Made by a program: the position numbers and the translations under genes. Source: Candidatus Fermentibacteraceae bacterium (lineage in GTDB: Bacteria > Fermentibacterota > Fermentibacteria > Fermentibacterales > JCC-6). From it: a stretch of DNA of 64,000 bases. A model generated the notes under the pieces. The model saw only the letters and a program-made list of their open reading frames with translations. It had not been told where the DNA came from and did no database searches. Where the stretch lies: NCBI GenBank assembly GCA_041750285.1, contig JBGSZS010000019.1:1-64000 (forward strand), given 5' to 3'. Shown piece by piece: positions 41,970 through 56,705 of the stretch (the stretch's first letter is position 1; every line of letters starts with the position of its first letter).

Positions 41970-42503
41970 ATGAGCATCACAAGACAGCGCAAGGAGACAA
42001 CGGTCGCGTCCCTCACCGAGGAACTTGGGTCCAACGGTGCATTCGTTCTTGCGGATTTCACAGGGATCACCGTTGCCGACATGACCGAGTTGAGGAAGAC
42101 CATGCGTGAGCGCGGGGTCAGCTTCACCGTAGTGAAGAACACACTGCTCGACATAGTGCTGAAGGGCGTTGAACTCACCGGTGAGGAGGACGTCTTCCAG
42201 TACCTTCAGGGCCCCACCGCCCTGGCGTCGAGCCGTGATGAAGTGCTTCCGGCAAAGGTTCTCAAGGAGTTTGCCGCAACCCACGAAGGTCGGCCCGTCA
42301 TAAAGGGCGGCTTCGTTGCCGGAAGAAGTTACAACGCCGCGCAGGTGGCGAGTCTGGCAGACATGCCCGGGCGGGACGAGCTCCTGGCCAGGGTCATGGG
42401 TTCAGCCACGGCTCCCATCCGGGGTTTTGTCACCGTCACCGGCGGTGTTGTGAGGAAGCTTCTTTACGCGCTCAACGCCGTGAAGGAAAGCAAAGAAAGC
42501 TGA
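41970..42503 (+). CDS. rplJ: 50S ribosomal protein L10
   Basis: DFTGITV..MTELRK, VVKNTL, GPTA; conserved position. Confidence 0.96.
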   Translation: MSITRQRKETTVASLTEELGSNGAFVLADFTGITVADMTELRKTMRERGVSFTVVKNTLLDIVLKGVELTGEEDVFQYLQGPTALASSRDEVLPAKVLKEFAATHEGRPVIKGGFVAGRSYNAAQVASLADMPGRDELLARVMGSATAPIRGFVTVTGGVVRKLLYALNAVKESKES

Positions 42504-42558
42504 GTCGATACCATTAACGCGACCCAAGGGTCCGATTGCCTAAAACGGAGGAAGAACC

Positions 42559-42939
42559 ATGAGTGACGACAAGAAGGCCGCCATCATCGAGGCCATTTCC
42601 AATATGACCGTTCTCGAGCTCGCCGAGCTTGTCAAGGAAATGGAAGCCAAGTTCGGCGTTTCCGCAGCCGCCCCCGCAGTTGCGGTTGCCGCCGCCGGAC
42701 CCGCCGCCGCCGCGGAAGTCGAAGAGCAGACCGAGTTCGACGTGATCCTCGAGAGCTTCGGCTCGAAGAAGATCGCCGTCATCAAGGTCGTCAGGGAGCT
42801 CACGAACCTGGGCCTGAAGGAAGCCAAGGACCTCGTGGACGGAGCCCCCTCCAAGCTCAAGGAAGCCGCGGAGAAGGCCGAAGCCGAAGAGATGAAGAAG
42901 CAGCTTGAGGAAGCCGGCGCAACTGTCATACTCAAGTAG
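42559..42939 (+). CDS. rplL: 50S ribosomal protein L7/L12
   Basis: [42 protein letters not shown]. Confidence 0.98.
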   Translation: MSDDKKAAIIEAISNMTVLELAELVKEMEAKFGVSAAAPAVAVAAAGPAAAAEVEEQTEFDVILESFGSKKIAVIKVVRELTNLGLKEAKDLVDGAPSKLKEAAEKAEAEEMKKQLEEAGATVILK

Positions 42940-42960
42940 CAAGTGTTTCTGGGCCGTGCG

Positions 42961-42989
42961 GAAGGGACGGGATCTGATCCCGTCCCTTC
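42961..42989 (+). terminator. Strong hairpin between rplL and rpoB (terminator/attenuator candidate)
   Basis: Perfect inverted repeat GAAGGGACGGGATC-T-GATCCCGTCCCTTC; no clear U-tract. Confidence 0.6.
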
Positions 42990-43040
42990 AATCCCCGTTT
43001 CCGGGCGTTTCGTGTTTCCTTTCAGTTGTGAGGAGCGGCA

Positions 43041-46000
43041 GTGAATAAGGATAGACCTGTCAGGAACTATTCGCGGGTTACCCCTGCCCTTGAAGTACCC
43101 GACCTGCTGAAGGTACAGCGGGATTCCTTCGAGAATTTTCTACAGGCTGATGTACCCTCGGATGAAAGACTTCCACAAGGTTTACACAAGATATTTCTCG
43201 ACACATTCCCCATTGAAAGCGCAAGCAAGGAGTTTTCACTCGAATATGTAAGCTTCGAGGTCTCCCCCCCGAAGCACACCGTGAAGGAAGCCCTTGAGAG
43301 GGGCGTCACCTACTGCGCCAACCTCAATGCCGTGATGCGCCTGGTCACCCGCGACCCCGAGTCGAAGAGTTTCAAGATGGGTGTCGATCAGAAGGTCTTC
43401 CTGGGCAGTCTGCCCATTATGACCGACAGCGGCTCCTTCATTATCAACGGCGCTGAAAGGGTCATCGTAAGCCAGCTTCACAGGAGCCCCGGTGTTTTCT
43501 TCGAGGAGAAGGTCCAGCAGAGGAACCGCAGGGTTCACAGTGCCAGGGTCATTCCCCACAGGGGTTCGTGGCTCGAGATAAACCTCGACCCCAACGATCA
43601 GATTTTCGCCATCATAGACAGGCGCAACAAACGGATACCGGTCACCATGCTTCTCCGGGCACTGGGTCTCTCCACCGACACACAGATTCTTGCCGCGTTC
43701 TATCCCGTGGTGGAGAAGGACCTTGAAGCAATGCTGAAACGGCAGTCGAGAAGCAGCGACTTCATTCACAGGACGTTCGCCGAGGACATCGCCGACCCGG
43801 CGACCGGCGAAGTGCTCGTTCGCTGTGACGAACCTGTCGAAACCGTTGAGAAGCTGGAGAACCTTGTTTCAAGGGGCATAACCAAAGCCCGTTTCCTCGA
43901 GTCCCGTTCCGAGAGGGACAACTTTGACGGGATCCGCAAAACACTGGCCAAAGAGGAATCCAGCCTTGGCGCCGGTGTCGACAAGAACGAAGATTCCGCA
44001 ACGATGTGGATATACGAAGCCCTTCGCGGCACTGAAGCCCCCTCCCTCGACCACGCGAGAAGCTATCTCAGAAGCATGTTCTTCGACAGCAAGCGCTACA
44101 GCCTGAGCGAGGTGGGGCGATACAAGCTGAACGAGAGGTTGAACATCAACACCTCCATGGACCGTCTCACCCTTGTGGTGGAAGACCTGGTGGCGATCGT
44201 GGACAACCTCATAATGCTTCGTGAGGGCACCAACACAGCCGACGACATCGATCATCTGGGCAACCGGAGGGTCAAGACCGTGGGCGAGCTCCTCAGTCAG
44301 GAGTTCAGCAAGGGCCTCAGCCGCATGGCCCGCACCATCCGTGACAAGATGGGCCACCAGGACAAGGACAAGCTCCGCCCGCAGGACCTTGTCAACTCCA
44401 GAACGCTGTCGAGCGTCATCAACACGTTCTTCGGCTCGAGCCAGCTCTCCCAGTTCATGGAACAGACCAACCCCCTGGCCGAACTCACCCACAAGAGACG
44501 CACGAGCGCTCTCGGCGAAGGCGGTCTGACTCGCGAGAGGGCGGGCTTCGATGTTCGTGACGTGCATCACACCCATTACGGCAGGGTCTGCCCGGTTGAG
44601 ACCCCCGAAGGCCCGAACATCGGGCTCATAACGACCCTTTCGGTCTACGCCTCCATCAACCGTTTCGGATTCCTCGAAACACCCTACCGGCGCGTCATCA
44701 AGGGCAAGATCACTGACGAGGTCGTATACCTCTCCGCAGACCGGGAAGACCGCACCACGATCGCCGAGGCCGATTCACAGGTCGATGAACGTGGCTACCT
44801 GACAGGTCCCCTCGTCAGGGCCCGAAAGGCCGGAAACTTTCCCATGGTGCGTCCGGACGACATCGAGTACATCGATGTGAGCCCCATGCAGCTCGTGGGT
44901 CTTTCCGCAGCCCTGATCCCGTTCCTCGAGCATGACGACGCCAACAGGGCACTGATGGGTTCCAACATGCAGAGGCAGGCAGTGCCCCTTCTCTACACCC
45001 AGCCCCCGGTCGTGGGAACCGGCATGGAAGCGGTTGCCGCCCGTGACAGCGGTGCACTGGTCACCGCACGGAGGGGTGGAGTGGTGGTCGAGGTCGACTC
45101 CCGGAAGATCGTCGTCAGAGCCGACGGCGACGAGTACGATTTCGACAGGGACGATGTATACGACCTCAAGAAGTTCCAGAGAAGCAACCAGGACACGTGC
45201 ATCAACCAGAAACCCATCGTCAGCCCGGGTCAGAGGGTCGGGGAGGGCACCATCCTCGCTGACGGCATGGCCACCAGCGACGGCAGGCTCGCGCTCGGCG
45301 TGAACGCCATTGTCGCGTTCACCCCCTGGAACGGCTACAACTACGAAGACGCCGTGGTGATGAGCGAGCGCCTGGTGAAGAACGACCTTTTCACAAGCGT
45401 TCACATCGAGGAGTACGAGGTCAACTTCCGCGAGACGAAACTCGGTCCCGAAGAGCTCCTTCGCGACATCCCCAACGTGGGCGAGGACCGCAAGCGCAAC
45501 CTCGACGAAAACGGAATAATCAGGGTCGGCGCCAGGGTGAGGTCGGATGACATCCTCGTCGGCAAGGTGAGCCCCAAGGGTGAGCAGGACCTTTCACCCG
45601 CTGAAAGGCTCATCCGGGCCATCTTCGGCCAGAAGGCCGGCGATGTGAAGGACACTTCCCTCAGGGCTCCCAACGGCATGGACGGCATCGTGGTGGACGT
45701 GAAGGTCTACTCCCGCCGGGACGACACCGAGAGGGGCCGCAGGGTTCTCGAGGAACGCATAGACGCCCTCAGGGAACAGAAGCTGAACAGGGAACAGCGG
45801 CTCTGCAAGGAGCGCGATGACATGCTCTGCGAGGTTCTTGCGGGCCAGAAAGCGGTGAACCTCATCGACTCCGTGACCGGCGAGCAGTACGTACCCTCCG
45901 GCCGGAAGCTCACAACCGCATCTTTGCGCAAGGTCAACTTCACCGACATCGACTACGGCCGGCAGCTCTGCGAAGACCTCAAGGCCGACGACAGGGCCAG

Positions 46001-46841
46001 GAGGATCCTTCGAAGCACCAACAGGGAACTCGACAAGATCCAGCAGGAGTTCCTGCAGGCCGAGAACAGGATCAGCGTCGGAGACGAGCTGAAACCCGGC
46101 GTGATTAAACTTGTGAAGGTCTACGTGGCCAAAAGACGCAAGCTCAGGGTGGGCGACAAGGTCGCCGGCCGGCACGGCAACAAGGGCATCGTGAGCATCA
46201 TCGTCCCCGAGGAGGACATGCCCTATCTGCCCGACGGCACTCCGGTCGACATCTGTCTCAACCCGCTGGGCGTTCCCTCGCGAATGAACGTTGGCCAGAT
46301 CATGGAGACGAACCTTGGCTGGGCGGCCAAGACGCTGGGCTTCGACGTGGTGACACCGGTGTTCGACTCGGCGCACAACAGAGTGATCGAGGAAACACTG
46401 GAAGAGGCCGGCCTTCCCCGTGACGGCAAGACGGTCCTCTACGACGGCCGGACCGGCGAACCCATGAACGAGAAGGTTACCGTGGGCCTCATGTACGTGA
46501 TGAAGCTCGCCCATCAGGTGGAAGACAAGATCCATGCCAGGTCAACGGGTCCGTATGCCATGGTCACCCAGCAACCCCTGGGCGGCAAGGCGCAGAACGG
46601 CGGCCAGAGGCTCGGTGAGATGGAGGTCTGGGCCCTCGAGGCCTACGGGGCGGCCCACTGCCTGCAGGAGATGCTCACGATCAAGTCCGACGACGTAGAG
46701 GGAAGGAACCGGGCCTACAGCAGCATCGTCCAGGGAAAGGCCATTCCCCCCTCCAGCACACCCGAGGCCTTCAGCGTTCTTCTGAACGAGATGAGAAGCC
46801 TGGCTTTGGATGTGGAACTGGTTACCGAGGAGGAGAACTAG
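43041..46841 (+). CDS. rpoB: RNA polymerase beta subunit
   Basis: INGAERVIVSQLHRSPG, DIDHLGNRR, ETPEGPNIG, GDKVAGRHGNKG, GEMEVWALEAYGA. Confidence 0.99.
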   Translation: MNKDRPVRNYSRVTPALEVPDLLKVQRDSFENFLQADVPSDERLPQGLHKIFLDTFPIESASKEFSLEYVSFEVSPPKHTVKEALERGVTYCANLNAVMRLVTRDPESKSFKMGVDQKVFLGSLPIMTDSGSFIINGAERVIVSQLHRSPGVFFEEKVQQRNRRVHSARVIPHRGSWLEINLDPNDQIFAIIDRRNKRIPVTMLLRALGLSTDTQILAAFYPVVEKDLEAMLKRQSRSSDFIHRTFAEDIADPATGEVLVRCDEPVETVEKLENLVSRGITKARFLESRSERDNFDGIRKTLAKEESSLGAGVDKNEDSATMWIYEALRGTEAPSLDHARSYLRSMFFDSKRYSLSEVGRYKLNERLNINTSMDRLTLVVEDLVAIVDNLIMLREGTNTADDIDHLGNRRVKTVGELLSQEFSKGLSRMARTIRDKMGHQDKDKLRPQDLVNSRTLSSVINTFFGSSQLSQFMEQTNPLAELTHKRRTSALGEGGLTRERAGFDVRDVHHTHYGRVCPVETPEGPNIGLITTLSVYASINRFGFLETPYRRVIKGKITDEVVYLSADREDRTTIAEADSQVDERGYLTGPLVRARKAGNFPMVRPDDIEYIDVSPMQLVGLSAALIPFLEHDDANRALMGSNMQRQAVPLLYTQPPVVGTGMEAVAARDSGALVTARRGGVVVEVDSRKIVVRADGDEYDFDRDDVYDLKKFQRSNQDTCINQKPIVSPGQRVGEGTILADGMATSDGRLALGVNAIVAFTPWNGYNYEDAVVMSERLVKNDLFTSVHIEEYEVNFRETKLGPEELLRDIPNVGEDRKRNLDENGIIRVGARVRSDDILVGKVSPKGEQDLSPAERLIRAIFGQKAGDVKDTSLRAPNGMDGIVVDVKVYSRRDDTERGRRVLEERIDALREQKLNREQRLCKERDDMLCEVLAGQKAVNLIDSVTGEQYVPSGRKLTTASLRKVNFTDIDYGRQLCEDLKADDRARRILRSTNRELDKIQQEFLQAENRISVGDELKPGVIKLVKVYVAKRRKLRVGDKVAGRHGNKGIVSIIVPEEDMPYLPDGTPVDICLNPLGVPSRMNVGQIMETNLGWAAKTLGFDVVTPVFDSAHNRVIEETLEEAGLPRDGKTVLYDGRTGEPMNEKVTVGLMYVMKLAHQVEDKIHARSTGPYAMVTQQPLGGKAQNGGQRLGEMEVWALEAYGAAHCLQEMLTIKSDDVEGRNRAYSSIVQGKAIPPSSTPEAFSVLLNEMRSLALDVELVTEEEN

Positions 46842-46842
46842 A

Positions 46843-51615
<4,773 letters not shown>

Positions 51616-51671
51616 ACTTGCTGTTCCGCAAATGAAGGAACAGACGCTGTAAGGTTCTGAAAGGAGAGAAT

Positions 51672-52043
51672 TTGCCCACGATCAACCAACTGGTGCGGTC
51701 AGGGAGAAGCAAGCAGAAGGCCAACACAAAGGCCCCGGCGCTTACCTCCTGCCCTCAGAAAAAGGGCATCTGCACCCGTGTGTATACATCCACGCCCAAA
51801 AAGCCCAACTCCGCCCTCAGAAAAGTGGCCAGGGTCAGGCTTCGCAACGGCTATGAAGTAACAGCCTACATTCCCGGCGAGGGGCACAACCTCAACGAGC
51901 ACTCGGTTGTTCTCGTCCGCGGGGGCAGGGTCAAGGACCTTCCCGGCGTGCGCTATCACATCATCCGCGGTGTCGAGGACGCCAGCGGCGTGAACGGCCG
52001 CAAGCAGAGCAGGTCCAAGTACGGGACGAAGAAGGAAGCGTAG
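51672..52043 (+). CDS. rpsL: 30S ribosomal protein S12
   Basis: [33 protein letters not shown] start with AAGGAG SD. Confidence 0.99.
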   Translation: MPTINQLVRSGRSKQKANTKAPALTSCPQKKGICTRVYTSTPKKPNSALRKVARVRLRNGYEVTAYIPGEGHNLNEHSVVLVRGGRVKDLPGVRYHIIRGVEDASGVNGRKQSRSKYGTKKEA

Positions 52044-52048
52044 GCGTC

Positions 52049-52516
52049 ATGAGAAGAAACAGACCGAAAAGGCGTGAGATACTTCCGGACAGGAAGTACG
52101 GGAACCTGGTGATAGCCAAGTTCATAAACAACATCATGCACCAGGGCAAACGCTCAGTCGCCGAGGGCGTGGTTTACGACGCTTTCGACATGATATCGGA
52201 AAAAACGGGGCAGGACCCCGTGGCCGTCTTCAACAAGGCCATGAACAACGTCCGCCCGACCCTGAAGGTGAAATCCAGAAGGGTCGGCGGTTCGACCTAC
52301 CAGGTTCCCGTCGAGGTGAAGCAGAGCGAGCGCGACGCCCTGGCCATGCGCTGGATCATCAGCTACTCCAGGGGCCGCAAGGGGCGCAGCATGGCTCAAA
52401 GGCTTGCCCAGGAGTTCATCGAGGCCTCCCAGGGCGAGGGCAACAGCGTCAAGAAGCGGGAAGACACCCACAAGATGGCCGAAGCCAACAAGGCTTTCGC
52501 CCACTACCGCTGGTAA
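52049..52516 (+). CDS. rpsG: 30S ribosomal protein S7
   Basis: SRRVGGSTYQVP, HKMAEANKAFAHYRW. Confidence 0.99.
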   Translation: MRRNRPKRREILPDRKYGNLVIAKFINNIMHQGKRSVAEGVVYDAFDMISEKTGQDPVAVFNKAMNNVRPTLKVKSRRVGGSTYQVPVEVKQSERDALAMRWIISYSRGRKGRSMAQRLAQEFIEASQGEGNSVKKREDTHKMAEANKAFAHYRW

Positions 52517-52521
52517 GTACG

Positions 52522-52553
52522 ATCGGGGGGCACCTGACCGGTGTCCCCCGGAT
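52522..52553. terminator. Hairpin between convergent rpsG and the beta-propeller gene
   Basis: GGGGGCACC-TGACC-GGTGTCCCC stem. Confidence 0.55.
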
Positions 52554-52564
52554 TCCCTCCCGCA

Positions 52565-53671
52565 TCACGGCGCCGCCAAACCGGTGTCACGTGTCCTTAG
52601 AACATGGACCTTGAAAACTCCGTCGGCAGGGTCTTCCTCCCAAGCCAGGATTCCGTGTTCGTCCACCCTGAAGTTCCATTCTCCCGGCCGGGGGAATTCG
52701 TACATGCGGACGATCTCGCCCGTTTCAATACTGTGAACGTTGAACTGCGGGAAAACACCCTGACCGGTCTGCACCCACAGCATCCCCGCCCTGCAACCGA
52801 TTCCCAGAATCGCATCCCTGTCAGGCAGAGCCTCCCACCCTGAAATACCCTCAGCGCCCATGGAAAGGAGCTGGGCTGTCATCAGCCGCTCTTCGCGTTC
52901 GATCTCCGAGGATGACTTCCGGACCGGGCTGATCTGCAGTACCGTGAAAGTCTCGCAGCGCCCCCCATCCCATCTGAATATCTCGTACTCGTCGGTGGAA
53001 GTCTCGGTGAGATAGCATCGGCCAGAATCGTCCGAAGCTGTGTGAACGGCGTTCATGGCCCTTTCAAGGGTGGCCACGTTCGAAGGGTCCACCCGGATCG
53101 TGTCGCTGAAAAGCACCGCCACGGGTTCCGGTCCATCAACCGTGTAAAGGCCGGCCTCCCTGAAACAGCCAAACCCGTCCCTCAGAGTCACCACCCCTGT
53201 TCTCACGGCGGTAAACGTACCGTGCCCGGCATGCCTGATCTGCGTGGGAGACGATCTTGGCCAGTGGTTCACCTCATGAAGGAACGCGTGGGTCCTGTCG
53301 AAGACAAGGTATCCCTGGCTGGGTTGATCCCTGACAAGTATCTGGTCTTCGACGCTCTCTATGGACATCGGGTTGCCCATCTCCTCCGGTCCGTCGCCGC
53401 AGCCCCCGAAAGTCTCAATGTATGCACCCTCCGGTGTGAACGCATGAACCACGCATGCTGCCTGATCCAGCACGAGTATCTCTCCTGACGGCCCGAAGCA
53501 GGCATCCGCCGGGTAGGCGATGAAAAGGGTGTCGGGCATTGATGTTGTGCTCTGAATCTCCAGGACTCCCACTTCAATGGAGTCTGAACGGCCATGATCG
53601 CAACAGCACGAGAAAAGCGTCAGCATCGCTGCCAAGACAGGCAGACGGCTGCTCATCGAACACATGTCCAT
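52565..53671 (-). CDS. Six-bladed beta-propeller (NHL/DUF5128-like) putative lipoprotein
   Basis: Hydrophobic leader with Cys; ILVLDQ...VHAF..EG...FGG.GDGPEEM..P motif. Confidence 0.7.
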   Translation of the reverse strand: MDMCSMSSRLPVLAAMLTLFSCCCDHGRSDSIEVGVLEIQSTTSMPDTLFIAYPADACFGPSGEILVLDQAACVVHAFTPEGAYIETFGGCGDGPEEMGNPMSIESVEDQILVRDQPSQGYLVFDRTHAFLHEVNHWPRSSPTQIRHAGHGTFTAVRTGVVTLRDGFGCFREAGLYTVDGPEPVAVLFSDTIRVDPSNVATLERAMNAVHTASDDSGRCYLTETSTDEYEIFRWDGGRCETFTVLQISPVRKSSSEIEREERLMTAQLLSMGAEGISGWEALPDRDAILGIGCRAGMLWVQTGQGVFPQFNVHSIETGEIVRMYEFPRPGEWNFRVDEHGILAWEEDPADGVFKVHVLRTRDTGLAAP

Positions 53672-53754
53672 GGAACCCTCCTTCTGTATTCCGGGCATTC
53701 AAAAATAGTACTAATAGATATAAGGTCAATGCAGCGACCCCGAACAGAATCGTG

Positions 53755-53783
53755 TTGACCTTCCCGATCCGGCAGGGTATTCT
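53755..53783 (+). promoter_or_regulatory. Sigma70-like promoter
   Basis: TTGACC-17-TATTCT, downstream of an AT-rich patch. Confidence 0.55.
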
Positions 53784-53896
53784 CACAAAACTTTCCGGTC
53801 TGCTCCGAAACAATGGGTCTTCCGCCTGCGGTTGGGCTGCCCAGCGACACCCGATGACGGGCTGGAAGATCTGAACCATCAGGGAGGGGATGATCG

Positions 53897-54214
53897 ATGA
53901 CCTCCGGGAAAGCCTTCACCTGCAGCCAGTGCGGGGCCCCCGAACTGGAACGGTCGGGGGAGGGGAAACTTCAGTGCCCCTTCTGCGGCAGCCTTTACAG
54001 CTACTCGGTCCGCAGCCCGACCGTGGTGATAAGAAAGGGCGCGAACGTGATCATCGGCAGAAAAGCCAGAGTCACGATCAAAGGCGGAGTGGAGATTCAG
54101 GAGGGCGCACGGGTTCAGGTGGACGGAGAGATAACCCTTCTGGAAAGGGCGCCCGAAGAGGTCATCAACGCTGCCAGGCTGAAGCTTCGCAAGAACCAGG
54201 GCCTGCTCCCCTGA
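53897..54214 (+). CDS. Small Zn-ribbon protein with beta-helix-like C-terminus
   Basis: CSQCGA...CPFCGS; GGAGG SD; periodic V/I-x-I-x-x-G tail. Confidence 0.7.
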   Translation: MTSGKAFTCSQCGAPELERSGEGKLQCPFCGSLYSYSVRSPTVVIRKGANVIIGRKARVTIKGGVEIQEGARVQVDGEITLLERAPEEVINAARLKLRKNQGLLP

Positions 54215-55396
54215 TCACTCCCTGATCGGCCTGAGGGTGAACCCGATGATGGCAGCCACGAAGCAGAGCGCTGCGGCTGTGTAATAGGCAGCGGTGTAGC
54301 CGCCTGTAGAGTCCAGTATCCTTCCCGCCATCATGGGACCGATCTGCCCCCCCACGCCCCATGCTGTGAAAAGCACGCCGTAGTTCAACCCCATGTTCTT
54401 CGTCCCGTAGAAATCACCCACTGCCGACGGGTAGACGGAGAGCATCGCGCCGTAGGCAAAGGTTACGACCATGGCGCCGAAGAGTATCGACGCGAAGCTG
54501 CCGAAGCTTGCGAAGAAAAGAAGAACGGTGCCCTGTGCGAGGTAGAGGATCATCATGGTCTTCGCCCGGCCCAGTCTGTCCGATATGGTTCCCGCTATCG
54601 GACGGCCGAGGGCGTTGCTTATGGCCATGAAGGCCACGAGAAGAAAGCCGAAGTTCCGGCCGGTCTGAACGCTGGCGATCGTGGAAAGGTGGCCGATGAT
54701 CATCAGGCCTGCAAGTGCTCCGGCCACGAACATGACCCAGAGCTGGTAGAACTGCCTGGTGCGTATCATCTGCTTCCAGTCGTACTCACGGCCCGAGACC
54801 CTGGCCTGCGTTCCGGCGGTCTGCACCTGTTTCCCGGGATTTTTCAGGGTCTGGGCAAGTCCAACCACCACCAGGAAGAAACCTGCTCCGAGGATGCGGA
54901 AGGAGCTGAAGACCGTGTAGTTCTGGATCAGGAAGTTCGTGAGGGGAGCGATGTAGATGGTCGCTGCGCCGAACCCTCCGACGACCATTCCCGAGATCAG
55001 CCCCTTTCGCTCCGGCGGGAACCATTTGATGGCCACAGGGGTGGTGGCCGAGTAACCGAGGCCGATGCCCGACCCCGCCATGACACCGAAGCAAAGCACA
55101 AGGCCCGGAACGGTCTGGAAGAAGCTTGCGAGGATCATGCCTCCCCCGACCAGTATGCCCGCAAGCGTCACGACCACCCTGGGCCCGTACTTGTCCTGCA
55201 GGCGGCCTCCGAAGATCATCATGACGGCGAACATGGCAACGGCCATCGTGTAGGGCAGCGATGCCTGGGTGCTGCTCCACCCCAGCGATTCGCGCAGGTT
55301 GGCAGCGAAAATGCTCCAGGCGTAGAGAACGCCGAAGGAAAGGTTGATGCCCATCCCGGCCAGGACGATGGTCCATGCCCTTGTGTTCCTGTTCAT
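54215..55396 (-). CDS. OFA-family MFS transporter (oxalate/formate antiporter-like)
   Basis: GVLYAWSIF, GRLQDKYGPR, KWFPPERKGL, GTISDRLGR, DFYGTKNMGLNYG. Confidence 0.9.
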   Translation of the reverse strand: MNRNTRAWTIVLAGMGINLSFGVLYAWSIFAANLRESLGWSSTQASLPYTMAVAMFAVMMIFGGRLQDKYGPRVVVTLAGILVGGGMILASFFQTVPGLVLCFGVMAGSGIGLGYSATTPVAIKWFPPERKGLISGMVVGGFGAATIYIAPLTNFLIQNYTVFSSFRILGAGFFLVVVGLAQTLKNPGKQVQTAGTQARVSGREYDWKQMIRTRQFYQLWVMFVAGALAGLMIIGHLSTIASVQTGRNFGFLLVAFMAISNALGRPIAGTISDRLGRAKTMMILYLAQGTVLLFFASFGSFASILFGAMVVTFAYGAMLSVYPSAVGDFYGTKNMGLNYGVLFTAWGVGGQIGPMMAGRILDSTGGYTAAYYTAAALCFVAAIIGFTLRPIRE

Positions 55397-55452
55397 GTGC
55401 GGAAGACCCCCCGGTTGAGTTTAGCCCGGATTATAGCCTGAACGCCTGATCT

Positions 55453-56697
55453 TTACAAAACCCGGCCCATGCGCTTCTCCGCCCTGATGCCGGAAGCGGC
55501 TGCCATTGCCGACGAGAAGGCCCACTGGATGTTGTAACCCCCTGTGTCGCCGTCAACGTCGAGGACCTCACCAGTGAAGTAGAGGCCCCGGGTGATCCTG
55601 GATTCCATGGTCAGCCGGTTGACCTCATCCCGGGACACTCCTCCCGCAGTGGCCATGGCAACGCTGAAACCGCCCTTTTCTGCGACCGTGACCGGGAACG
55701 CCGTTATGTACTCCAGTATCTTCATCCGGTCGGCCTTTCCGATCTCTCCGCCCTTCCGGGAGGAAGCGATCCCCGAGTTTTCGAGAACGGTGTCTGCGAG
55801 CCGTTCCGGAATGCCCAGACCTTTCAGGATGGTTCTGACCGCCTTCTTTCCACCGCTCTGAAGGGCGCCGATCAGGCGGTTCTCAACGTCGCCCGCAGCC
55901 ATTTCCGTAAGTGCGAGAGAAAGCCTGTCGCCATCGTTGATGTGCCGGCTGAGGTTCAGAATTCCCGGTCCCGAGAGCCCCGCGCCGGTGAAAAGGACGT
56001 CACCCCTGGCTGAAATCGTTCCGCCGTCGGCCTTTTTCAGAAGAATTGACGGGTTTTTCAGGGAAATGCCGGCCAAGCCCGAGGGAAAGGGCTCCTTCGC
56101 CGTGATGTGGGTAAGGGAAGGTGTGATATTGGTCAACGTGTGGCCCAGCGAAGCAGCCAGGGCAAAGCCGTCGCCGGTGGAACCGGTTTCGGGGTGGGAG
56201 CACCCGCCCGTTGCAATCACGAGGAAGTCGGACCTGATGACCGACCCGCGGGTCGTGACTGCGAAACCGCCTTCGTCATGGGAAACCGCTGAAACGGGTG
56301 AGCCGTACAGCATCTGAACGCCTTTTTCAGCACACGACCCCTGCAGAAGGGCGAGGATCTCCGACGCCCTCATCCCCGCCGGGAAGAGCTTGCCGTCCTC
56401 GCGGGCGAACGTCCTTACTCCGCCGTTCTCGAGGAATGCGCAAAGGTCGCTGTTGGTGAAGGCCATAAGGGCCGGCTTCACGAAGTTCGAGGCGCCGCCG
56501 TAATGCCCTGTGAAATCGATGATCGGCCCCGTCCGGCTGAAGTTGCACTGCCCCGACCCCGAAAGCAGGAGCTTTCTGCCGGGGCTTCCGTTCTTTTCCA
56601 GCAGGAGGACCTCATCACTGTCCGCGCAGGCATTCAGGGCGCAGAACAAACCCGAGGGACCCGCCCCGATGACGATTGTTCCATATCTGGTCAGCAT
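55453..56697 (-). CDS. HI0933/BaiN-family flavoprotein (start 56697 or 56718)
   Basis: IGAGPSG, GRKLLLSGSGQCNF, ATGG.S.P.TGSTGDG, ATAGGV, GEVLDVDGDTGGYNIQWA. Confidence 0.92.
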   Translation of the reverse strand: MLTRYGTIVIGAGPSGLFCALNACADSDEVLLLEKNGSPGRKLLLSGSGQCNFSRTGPIIDFTGHYGGASNFVKPALMAFTNSDLCAFLENGGVRTFAREDGKLFPAGMRASEILALLQGSCAEKGVQMLYGSPVSAVSHDEGGFAVTTRGSVIRSDFLVIATGGCSHPETGSTGDGFALAASLGHTLTNITPSLTHITAKEPFPSGLAGISLKNPSILLKKADGGTISARGDVLFTGAGLSGPGILNLSRHINDGDRLSLALTEMAAGDVENRLIGALQSGGKKAVRTILKGLGIPERLADTVLENSGIASSRKGGEIGKADRMKILEYITAFPVTVAEKGGFSVAMATAGGVSRDEVNRLTMESRITRGLYFTGEVLDVDGDTGGYNIQWAFSSAMAAASGIRAEKRMGRVL

Positions 56698-56705
56698 GCA
56701 AGGCT

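Noticed and set aside
43041..46841. Insertions in RpoB (e.g. the coiled-coil region near 45720-46080)
   Set aside because: They fall at known lineage-specific insertion sites, and 1266 aa is an ordinary length.
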